Position numbers and translations under genes: made by a program. 64,000 bases of DNA from NCBI GenBank assembly GCA_948465565.1, contig CAOJXR010000004.1:2557-66556 (forward strand), written 5' to 3'. This document shows, in pieces, positions 40,501 to 50,600 of the stretch (position 1 is its first letter; every line of letters starts with the position of its first letter). The DNA is from an uncultured Clostridium sp. Its GTDB lineage: Bacteria > Bacillota > Clostridia > TANB77 > CAG-508. Below the pieces are notes generated by a model. The model had not been told where the DNA came from and searched no databases. It was given only the letters and a program-made list of their open reading frames with translations.

Positions 40501-42514
40501 TGTTATTCCTACACGTGGTTGCATTATCCCATATCCGTCTACTACTCTTCCTTCGCCTATTTGTGGTTTATTTAAAATATGTGACATTGCTCCAATCATT
40601 TTTTGTGCTTGGTCTAGGCTCAAGTTTGTGTCTGCATCTAATGTTATTACATATTTTATTTGTTCTTCAAATTTTTCAAGAGTATTTACTATAAAGTCTG
40701 ATTGTCCTTGTTTTAGCAATACATCATTAAATTGTAGTAATAGTCCTCTTTTTCGTTCCCATCCTAAATACTGTTCTTCTCCTTGGTTCCATCTACGTTT
40801 TCGATATAGGAAGTTAAATTTGTTTTTTGTTTTATACTTTTGATTTAAGTTTTCTGCTTCTTGTTTTCCACATTCTATCAATTGTTTATCTATGTTTTCC
40901 ATTTCTTTTTCAGATGTTGTACAATCTCCAAGTAGAGTAAAATATATATTTTCGTCTTGGTTCGCTAAATGATATATTTCTATTTGTTTGAACATTTCTT
41001 TTATTTTTTCTTCTGTGCTTACAATTGTTGGTATTACTACCATTGTTTTATTTTCTGGGCCAATTCCTTCTTCTAAATTCATTTTTGGTATTTTTATTGG
41101 TTTAACTATTCTGCTTAAAATATAGTTTATTGATTTTGTTGTGATTTCAAATAGTGGAACATATATTATTATTGCTATTATTGTTTTTAAAATCATTGAT
41201 GTTTTTATATTTGCTACTATCACAAAGCTTAGCAATATTGGTATTAATATATTTGCATAGATATATTTTTTTTGTTTATTTTCTTTTGATGGTATTGGTA
41301 CTTTTCGCTCTAATAACCTACTTTTTAATTCATAATATCCGTCATCAATTAAATAATATCCTACATGTGATTTTTTTCTATTGTCACTTTCTTTGTTTTC
41401 GTTTGCTAGTTTAAGTATTTCTTCTGTTATATAAATTTCTGATATTCCAATTTTGCTTGAGATTTCTTTTATTTTTTGTCTATAAATTTCTTTTGTGTCT
41501 TCTGTCATATTAGTAAATACGCCTGCTGGATCTTGATTTAATAATTCTTCAGTTTTATTTGTTTTTTCAAATATTTTTTGGAAATTGACCCTATTTATTG
41601 ACCTTATGCTGGTTATACATGTACCTATTTTTATTTTTAAGGTTGCTACATATAAATGTTCTTTTTTTACTACTTCGTCACTTTTTATTCCTAATTTGTT
41701 TACTTGTTTTTCTAATACTTCAATATACTGTATTCCTTTTTTGCCTATTCTTCTTAGTTTATATATCATGTATTCTATGAATGAATAGTTTAAATCGTCT
41801 ATGTCTAAGTTTTTATTGTTTTTTATTTTCTTTTGGAATATCATTTCTGTGTTTGGTTTTGATTCGATTAATCTTTCAAATATGTTTTCAACTTTATATT
41901 TTTGTATTTGTGAATAATATATTTTTTTACTAACGTCTGCTATTGCTTGTATTATTGCTATTTGTATAAATATTCCTATGTTCCAGATTTCTTCCATTGA
42001 TAATATTTTTCTTGTTTGATATGTCTGTAATACTTCGATTATTTTTTCTTCTGTTATACTTTCATTACTAAATGCTACTATTTCACTTGCTAATACATAT
42101 ATTCGTGCAAATCCTTGATATTTTCCGGTTTGCAATTCCTGGTAGTTTGATATATTGTTTTAATTTTATATTTTTTTCTATATTTTTTACTGTTTCTTCT
42201 ATTATATAAAAGTTGTCTAATATCCATTCTCCTGCTGAATGTATTTTTATTCCTAGTTTTAGGTGCTCGTTTAATATTTCGTATGTGTCTAGTATTATTT
42301 CAAAGTTTTCTTTTAATTTTCCTATGGGGTATGTGTCTTTGTCTGAGTGTTTGCTTATTATATGTTCTTCTGCTATTTGTGTGATATACTTATTTAATTG
42401 TTCTTTTTCTAAGTTGGCTCCTTTTATGTTTAAATATCTGTTTTTTTCCATTGGAAATTTTCTCCCTTTTTTGCTTTTATTGATATTTTTTCCAAAATGG
42501 TGATATCTATACAT
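34573..42514 (-). CDS. giant GT84 + GH94 cyclic beta-1,2-glucan synthase-like protein (~2640 aa), reading frame interrupted by a +1 frameshift between ~42086 and ~42159
   Basis: The main ORF 34573-42135 (2520 aa) carries IRGDWQ and GT-A motifs plus a C-terminal GH94-like GDWND. The 143-aa ORF 42083-42514 carries an EWILDNFYIIEE N-terminal signature and overlaps the main ORF in a different frame. Confidence 0.75.
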
Positions 42515-42594
42515 AAATACATTTTTTTATAAAATTAGCACAACGTAAATAGCCAGGGAAAATTTTTCCCTGGCTATTTATGTTATATTAAGTT

Positions 42595-45500
42595 TTATTT
42601 TGCAATTTTCTTTTTGATTACGATTATTCCTGCTGCTAGTATTATTCCTGATACAAATATTGCTATTGCGTAATTTTGTTTTTTGATGTCTCTTATTGAG
42701 ATACCAGTTGGTTCAGATATTGTTACATAGCTTGGTGCGTCGGCGTCTCTTTCTCCTCCTAGGTGCATTACTCTTCCTCCTACTGATACTTCTTTTGCTC
42801 CATTGTAGTCTGTAACTAAGTTTCCATTGTCGTATCCTGTTGCTGCAATATATTCTCCTCTTGCTATTTCACTGTTTCCTGGTACTGCCATTTCATCTCT
42901 TCTACCTACTGTATTTGAGTATGAAAGTATTTCTGCAATATTATTGTATATATCGTCTTTTGATGTGTCTTCTGACATTTGTTTTGCTGTGACTATACGA
43001 ATTTTTCCTTTTGAAGCTATGTTTACTGCACTTGATGCAGATACTGGAACTAATTCACATATCATGCTTGGGTTATACATATCATTTTCCATAACTAATA
43101 CATTGCTCTTTCCGTCTGTTATGTACGCTCTACCCTTTGAGTCAACTAATTTTCCGTCTTTGTATACTTTTTCGTCTAGCATTTTTCCGTTTCTTAATTC
43201 ATTTAATGTTATTTTTCTCCAGCTGCTGTCTTCTATTGCTGTATTTTCTTCTTCGTCTGGTGCAACATCGTTATCAACATAATCGATAATTTGATTTACT
43301 TTAGTTTTTACTATCTTGTCTGTATCATTATTTTTGTTATTGTAGTAGTTTAGTCCTACATATTCACCATATTCTATCATTTCACCTGACATGTATGGTT
43401 CTGTAGTTTCTAGCTCTCCTACTCTATTTAGTATTTCTTCTGGTGTCTTATATGATGCAAGTTTTCCTGTCCAATCAACTTCTGAATTGTTTGTTACTGT
43501 TATTGTATATTCAATTTTTAGTCTAGCACCGTTTAAGTATGAGCTCTCGATTGGTATGTATTCTAGACCTTGAATATTATTTCTTGTATCCACATGTGTT
43601 AATTTTCCAACATTTATGTTGTTTGGACTTTCTTTTTTGATGCTTCCGTCTTCATTGAATGTTACGTCTAGTATTGCTTCACTTCCATCATTCTTATATA
43701 AACTAATTCTTGATATCTTTTTATCTAGGTCAAGTACTGTTCCTGATCTTCTTTCTAAACCGAAATCTATGTTTTTAACTATGTAAGTAAATACGTCTAA
43801 TCCATTTACTTTTTTAACATCTGCATAATCTATGAAGTCTTGATGTTCAATTTCAATGTTTAGTTTAGCTGTATTTGCAACCATTTGAGTGTTTGCAATT
43901 AATTCTCTGTGGTCAACTTCTTGGTCTGCACTTTCTAATACTGTTCCTATGCTATTATCTATATTTTGTGAATATGCAATTACTTTCATTCTTTGCAACT
44001 CATAGTCTCTAGCGTCTGATATTCTTGCGTTATTTAACTCTGATGTTTTTAAATCTTGCCATTCGTTATTTAAAGTTGTACTTCCGCCTTCGTTTTTTTG
44101 GTTTGCTTGATATGCTGTATTTTTGTAGTCTTGACCATTATATTTTATGTTTGCTTCTTTGTTTCCATATTTGAATCTTACTACGTAATTTCCAGCAAGT
44201 ACACCTTTGAAATAGTAACTTCCATCGTTTGTTGTTTCTATATCTTTTAGTCTAAATTCTCTTCTTTCTTCTGGTGTTAAATCTTTAAAGTCATCTTCTG
44301 ACCAGATTTTTTCATATTCAATTCCGTCAATTTGTATTTTTTCAACTAATTGTACATCAATGTTTGGAATTCCGCTTTCGCCTGAATCCATTATACCATT
44401 TGCAACTTTTTGTCCATATAGTAATTCTACTGCTTCTGCGTCTTCCCATACATTTCCGTTTATTTCTCTGTTATATTGATATAAGTAAATGTCTATTGCT
44501 GGTGCTGATTCTGTATCATCTTCATACCATTCTTTAACATTTCTTTCTAAATCAATATTGTCTGGAGCTGAGTCTCTGTCTATAATTCCTGCAACTTTTC
44601 CATCTGTATAATATGTTGAGTAATTTGCTATTTCAGCTACATTGTTTTTCTCTCCAAGTAATTCTGTTCTTTTTCCTGATTGTTTAAATCCATCTCTATC
44701 AACTTCGAATGTTATGAACATTTCTAGTTGTTCCCCAGCTGCTAGTTTTATATCTTTTAGGTCTGTTATTGTTAATTTCTTATAATCGTCATTTACATTT
44801 TTGTTTTCGTCATTACATGTAAATTTCTTCATTCCATCTGACCAATATGTATATTCTGGTGTTTCTTCTGCTTTTACAACTCTAAAGTATGGAGCTTCTG
44901 CAACTACTTTGTTTTCTCTTTTTTGCTCATTGTTTAATACATTTGCTTTGATATCTTCATTTATAAATGTAAATGTTTTATCATAATAATCATTTATTTG
45001 ATTTATTGTTGCGTCTAATCCATTCTCTGCTTGACTTTCGTTGTTTATTGCTATTCTGTAAGTTAAATATACTTTTAATTCTGTGTCAGCTTTTATGTTT
45101 TTAACAACGTCTTCGCTTGTTTCATATACAGTTGAACGATATTCATAGTCTGAACTGTATAGTCCTAATTTATAATGTCCTATTCTGCAAGCTTCTATTT
45201 GTACATTTAATGCTTCTTTGTTTTCTTCTTTTTCAACATCTACATATTTATTATATGTTTTTGTTATTTCTTTTTCGTTTACTAATATTTCTGCCTTATA
45301 TAAATCTTTAAATGTTGATAAGTCAGCTTTTTCTCTTTCTTTAACGCCTAGGTTTATATGTAACATATAATCATAAATTGTTTTATATGTTGTTGTTTTT
45401 CCATCTTCATCTTCAATTACGCTTAATTCTATAACATCATCTGCTGAATCTAATGTTATTTTGTTATCGACTGGAAAATATAGTCCTGCATCTCCTGTTG

Positions 45501-47685
45501 CAGCTGGCATTTTGTATTGTGGTATTATATGTTCATCTTCGTCTAATACTGTTAAAGTTGATAATCTTCTTGTGTTTTCATTATTTGGTAATGAAAATTC
45601 TTCTGATGTATACTCTAGTTTTAATTCGTCTCCGCCTATTGCATATCCTGTAGTATTTCCATCCTTATCCATAGGGTTTCCACCATAGATTTCTCTAAAT
45701 TTATTATTATATGCATCTCTTTCTTCTGGGTTTTCTGCTGCTAAACTGTCTTTTTCAAATGCAACCTTTTCTTGTTTTGAGGCATTTATATATGTATCTG
45801 CATCTCCGTTTGATGTTACAAGTGCTGGAGAAGCTTCATAGTGTTGTCCATCATACATAAATTCTACTTCATAAGATACATCGTATCCATCTTCAGTAAG
45901 TTTTCCTTCGCCTTCTCCTGGTACCTCAATGTTTGGAATTTCGTATTTACCGTTTTCGTCTGTATAGATTGGGAAATATATTCTTGTTTCATTATCTTCT
46001 TCATATACTTTTGCTAATCTTTTTCTTACAATTTCTCCATTTTGGTCTTTATATACTTTATATACATATACTTCTGCATTTTTGTATCCTTCTTCGCCGT
46101 CTTCTCTTTTTCCGTCTATGTAATCAGCGTTTTTCTTATCAGCTTTTTTGTCTATCCAAACTTCTCCTGCCATAGGAATTGTTAATCTAATAAATTCTTT
46201 TGGCTCATCCTCATCTGGTGGTAATATAGCTTTTAATGAAATATGTGCATCTTCATACCATCTTGCACCTTTGTATACTTGTGCTAGTGGTTGTGACGTT
46301 CCTGGTTTTAGTCCTTTTAGTTCTACCCAGTAATTCCATTGTACGATATGTTTATTGTTGTATCCATGTGAGCATTTTTTTGTACTACTTGGGTTTTCAT
46401 CACACCATACTGCTTCTGATTCTGGTTCCCAATCTGCTGTGAAATATTCACCTTTAAGTTCTGAGTATTCTCCACCTGCATTCATATATTTAAAGTCGAA
46501 TGATATATCGCTTAAATAGCGCAAGTCTTCCATGTAATCTAATACAATGTAGAATTCTTCTCCATTGTGTGGGAATGCTGTTTTGTCTTCACTATTTCTA
46601 TTTGTAAATTTGAAGAACCAATGTGATTTATCTATTTCACCAATGTTACTTATTATTCTTGCATCTGTCATTCCTGCGAAATCAATTTTTCCTCTCTCTG
46701 TTTCAACAGATTCTTCATAATAGTTCAGTGTTATAGGTCCAATTAGGAATTTTTCGTGGTCTTTATCATATTGAACATCTGATTTGCTTATGTCGCCAGT
46801 TACTGCATATTCAATAACTGGCGCTTGAACTGTTGTTGTTTCTCCATTTATTGTTACTGTTTTTTCTTCATAAACAATGTTTCCACTTTGGTCTCTTTTT
46901 GCAACTTTGTTTATATATGCTGCAAATGCTTCTGCTTCTTTTGAGAAAGGTGTTGATTGAATGTCACTTGCATTTCCTCCTGCTTCTGTTCTCCACCATG
47001 CATATTGTACATATGTATATGGGAAGAAGTTTCCGCTTGATGTCATTTCTACATAGAAAAATCTGTCTGAATTTTCATCTTGTACAACAAATCTTGTTGG
47101 TTCTCCTGTAGTTTCGTCTATGTCTACACCGTAAACTACTTTTCCACCTATACTATAAAAATATGCTTCTTTGTTTAAGTCTCCTGTATATTCTTCGTCT
47201 GTTACATTAAAAAATGTGTGTTCTTTTGAATTTATGTTTTCAGATGCTTCTGCTAATATGTACGCTTCTTCTGGTCCAGCTATTTTTCTGTCTGATTCTG
47301 TATAATATCCATATGTACGGCTTGTTGCTGGTGTATATGGATTTGTGAAATTGTCTGATGTTACGTTTCCTGAGGCATTTTGTGATTCCTCAAATAATTT
47401 TTTTCCTATGTCATTCATTGTTAAATAAGGTTCTGATTGTCTTCTGTCACCTGTTTCAACATATGTTCTTGAAAGTCCTATTAAAGTTATACCATGTCCG
47501 CAACATAATATATATGGGTCTTCAACTAAGTCGTTATATGTTACATATGGGAAAGATGCAGGTAAGCTATCATCTGTTGATAACATTTCATTTGTAGATT
47601 GTGCTATTACTCTATATCCTGAATATGCTATTGCTGCTAATATTGCTATCAAAATTACTGAAATAATTATTTTTTTCTTATTCAT
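42595..47685 (-). CDS. giant (1696 aa) secreted surface protein with Cna-B/SdrD-B-type domains and a C-terminal TM anchor
   Basis: A signal peptide is present. DGSYYFKGVLAGNYVVRF and DENGKYEIPNIEVPGEG are Cna-B-like. The C-terminus SEPTGIS...hydrophobic...KKKIAK resembles a sorting signal but lacks LPXTG. Confidence 0.75.
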   Translation of the reverse strand: MNKKKIIISVILIAILAAIAYSGYRVIAQSTNEMLSTDDSLPASFPYVTYNDLVEDPYILCCGHGITLIGLSRTYVETGDRRQSEPYLTMNDIGKKLFEESQNASGNVTSDNFTNPYTPATSRTYGYYTESDRKIAGPEEAYILAEASENINSKEHTFFNVTDEEYTGDLNKEAYFYSIGGKVVYGVDIDETTGEPTRFVVQDENSDRFFYVEMTSSGNFFPYTYVQYAWWRTEAGGNASDIQSTPFSKEAEAFAAYINKVAKRDQSGNIVYEEKTVTINGETTTVQAPVIEYAVTGDISKSDVQYDKDHEKFLIGPITLNYYEESVETERGKIDFAGMTDARIISNIGEIDKSHWFFKFTNRNSEDKTAFPHNGEEFYIVLDYMEDLRYLSDISFDFKYMNAGGEYSELKGEYFTADWEPESEAVWCDENPSSTKKCSHGYNNKHIVQWNYWVELKGLKPGTSQPLAQVYKGARWYEDAHISLKAILPPDEDEPKEFIRLTIPMAGEVWIDKKADKKNADYIDGKREDGEEGYKNAEVYVYKVYKDQNGEIVRKRLAKVYEEDNETRIYFPIYTDENGKYEIPNIEVPGEGEGKLTEDGYDVSYEVEFMYDGQHYEASPALVTSNGDADTYINASKQEKVAFEKDSLAAENPEERDAYNNKFREIYGGNPMDKDGNTTGYAIGGDELKLEYTSEEFSLPNNENTRRLSTLTVLDEDEHIIPQYKMPAATGDAGLYFPVDNKITLDSADDVIELSVIEDEDGKTTTYKTIYDYMLHINLGVKEREKADLSTFKDLYKAEILVNEKEITKTYNKYVDVEKEENKEALNVQIEACRIGHYKLGLYSSDYEYRSTVYETSEDVVKNIKADTELKVYLTYRIAINNESQAENGLDATINQINDYYDKTFTFINEDIKANVLNNEQKRENKVVAEAPYFRVVKAEETPEYTYWSDGMKKFTCNDENKNVNDDYKKLTITDLKDIKLAAGEQLEMFITFEVDRDGFKQSGKRTELLGEKNNVAEIANYSTYYTDGKVAGIIDRDSAPDNIDLERNVKEWYEDDTESAPAIDIYLYQYNREINGNVWEDAEAVELLYGQKVANGIMDSGESGIPNIDVQLVEKIQIDGIEYEKIWSEDDFKDLTPEERREFRLKDIETTNDGSYYFKGVLAGNYVVRFKYGNKEANIKYNGQDYKNTAYQANQKNEGGSTTLNNEWQDLKTSELNNARISDARDYELQRMKVIAYSQNIDNSIGTVLESADQEVDHRELIANTQMVANTAKLNIEIEHQDFIDYADVKKVNGLDVFTYIVKNIDFGLERRSGTVLDLDKKISRISLYKNDGSEAILDVTFNEDGSIKKESPNNINVGKLTHVDTRNNIQGLEYIPIESSYLNGARLKIEYTITVTNNSEVDWTGKLASYKTPEEILNRVGELETTEPYMSGEMIEYGEYVGLNYYNNKNNDTDKIVKTKVNQIIDYVDNDVAPDEEENTAIEDSSWRKITLNELRNGKMLDEKVYKDGKLVDSKGRAYITDGKSNVLVMENDMYNPSMICELVPVSASSAVNIASKGKIRIVTAKQMSEDTSKDDIYNNIAEILSYSNTVGRRDEMAVPGNSEIARGEYIAATGYDNGNLVTDYNGAKEVSVGGRVMHLGGERDADAPSYVTISEPTGISIRDIKKQNYAIAIFVSGIILAAGIIVIKKKIAK

Positions 47686-47691
47686 TTAGCT

Positions 47692-50600
47692 TTATGCCTC
47701 CTTCCTTAATTTTAACTGTATTCTTAAGATCAGTTTCTTTTTCTTGATTACAACTGCTGCAATCAATCCAGCAATTACTATTACTATTATTGCTGATATG
47801 TAAATTAATGTATCACCTGTGCTTACACCAATTATTAAATCTGCTGATGCAATTGCGTCTTTTGAGTTCTCGTTTTCTATTCCTGCTTTATTGTAACTTT
47901 CTGAAATCTTTGCTTGGTTATTTACTATTCCTGCGCTATTTTCTGTCATGTTTCTTGTAAGAACTAATTTTACTTCTTTGCTTGTTCCTGCTGCTATTGC
48001 TGTGTTTGCTAATTGGTCATTGTATAGATTTCCATCACTTCCTATATACCAATTCTTGTTTAGCTCTGTGCTAAATTCTAGTTCTTTTGGCATATAGTCT
48101 ACTAATTTTTTAGCATATCCTTCGATTTCACCTTCATTTTTAATTGTGAATGCATATTCTACAATAAGTTTGGCTCCATCCATGTATTTTCCATTGATAT
48201 CTACTTTGGCTAATTCTGAATGGTTAAAGTCATATGATTTTGTTCCTTGTGCTGTTTGTACTGTTACTTTTGTAACTGATTTTGTTAGTTTTAAATCAAA
48301 TGTTGATGCTTCAACTAATCCCATATCTATGTTTGATATGCTTCCATTGTTTATTACTAATCTATCAGTTGTTGCAATATTTCTGTTTCCTTCTGTTGCT
48401 GTCATAACATCTGAATTTGTGCTTGCTCCAATTCCTTGTTTTTTGTAATCTGTTATAGCATATCTGTCATTGTCATAATAGAATATTGCTATGTATTCTC
48501 CATTTTCAAGGTTTGTAAATTTGTATTCTCCATCTGTTGTTGTAACTACTTTTTCTATTTGCTTTCCTGTTTTAGAATTTACTAATTTTACTTCTATTCC
48601 TGATATTTTTCTTTCTGATGATTCTCTTGATCCATTTTTGTTTGCGTCTAACCATACTGTTCCTTTTATCTCGTATGATGTTTTAATGTTTTGGATTGTA
48701 GGTTTTGTATCATTGTTATTGTTTTTATCGTTTGTTGTTATTTGATTGTATTTATTGTTGTTTGTGTTTTGGTTTTGGTTTTCTTGAACTTGCTCTGTTG
48801 TTCTTTCAATTATATTTTCTACTTTATTAGATTCTATGGCTTTAATTGTTTTTGCATTTACATCTGCGCTGTTGGCAATTGTTTTTTGTTTTGTGTCAAT
48901 ATCTCCAACTCTTGCTGTAATTTTAACTTCTAATTCATTTTGTGGTAATATGCTTGTATATACTGTTGCATCTTCGTTTTTAGCAACTACTTTTGCAACT
49001 TCTATTCCGTCTACTGTATATACTAATTTGTTTATTTTTACTTCATCTGGTAATTTGTCTGTAAATATAACGTTGTTTGCTCTTACTGAACCTATATTTT
49101 TTATGTTGAATGTATATTCAATTTCATCTCCAACTTTTACATATTGGTTTGTCTTATTTGAAGATTGCTCTATTACTAGACTTGGTCTACCAACTGTAAT
49201 GTCTACTTGACCTGCTTGATATTCTTCTTTATTAACATTTATTGTAGAAATAGTTGATATTGTGTTTTTATAAATTCCTTCTTCCATTTCTCCTACAACT
49301 ATATTTGCTATTACAATTGCCATTCTGTCTGCTGGAAGTTCATCTATTGTCCATGTGATTGTTCTTGTGTCTGGATTATAGCTGCTTGATTTTATTTTCT
49401 TAATTGTAATACCATCAGCTTCGTATCCTCTAATATAGCTTTCACTATAATTTAATCCTTCTGGTAAAACTTTAGTTACTACGATGTTTCTCATTGTTTC
49501 GTTGCTATTGTTTCTTATTTGAATATTTGCTTCTATTGTTTCATTTACTTTTGCGATACTTTCTTCTGAACTTATTGTTTCTTCCGCTATTAAATTTGAC
49601 TTTTCAACAATTATTCCACTGTCCTCAGTTTTCATCTCTTTTGCTAAATCTTGTGCTGAAACTGTAGATTCGCAAATTAGTTTTACTTCTTCGTCTGAAT
49701 TTTGGTTTAGTCTGTTTGCTTGTACGAAGAATTCTATTTTCATTCCTTCACCAGGATTTATTTTATCTATTTTTGTAATCAATTCTCTATCTTTCTTTAA
49801 TGTCCATCCTTTTGCTGCTTGAAGTGAAGTTTGTGTAGCGTGCTGCGCAAGTGTTGCTCCTGTTGGTATTTTTGTGTTTACTATGGCATTATTAATAACT
49901 TCTGATCCTGTATTTTCTATTGTTATTGTGTATTTTATTTTTTCGTATTCTTTTACTTTTTCTTTAACATTTGTAGTTGTTGTTATGTTCATTTGAGGTC
50001 CTACACCTGTTGTTAGTCCAACTAAGTCTGGTGTTGAAGATTCCTCTGTTGTTGCTACATCATTTATATTAGTATATTTTGTCTCAAATGAACCATATAT
50101 ATTGTTATTGTGCTCTAAATTTTCTGGTATTCTATATTGATACCCATATCTTAGGATATCTCCTGGATTCATTTCATATCCTTCTAATACTATTAAATAT
50201 GATTTTATTTCAGAAAGATTTTCTGGGGTTGATGTCCATTCGTTTTTATTATCTTTTAAGTCGTCTGTTGCTTCACCATTTTTTGAATAGTAGATTGTCG
50301 CAACTGCTTTGTTTTCTTGGCTTTGATTGATTGCACTTACTAATGTTGTATCTACTGTTGTTCCTAAATCTTCTCCTGTTTTTACATCTTTGTTACCTTT
50401 GAATGGAATTCTTCCTAGAATTCTGACATTGTTGCAATTATTTTCATTGTTATTCATTACTAAAATATCCATTGTAGCTACTTTTGCTTCATCAAATATT
50501 TCTATTTTGTCTGTTACTGTTCCTTGTGCTACTGATACTAGATTTGTTCCTATATCGTTATAATTAGATATTTTATTTACACTTACAACTCCTGTTGGAG

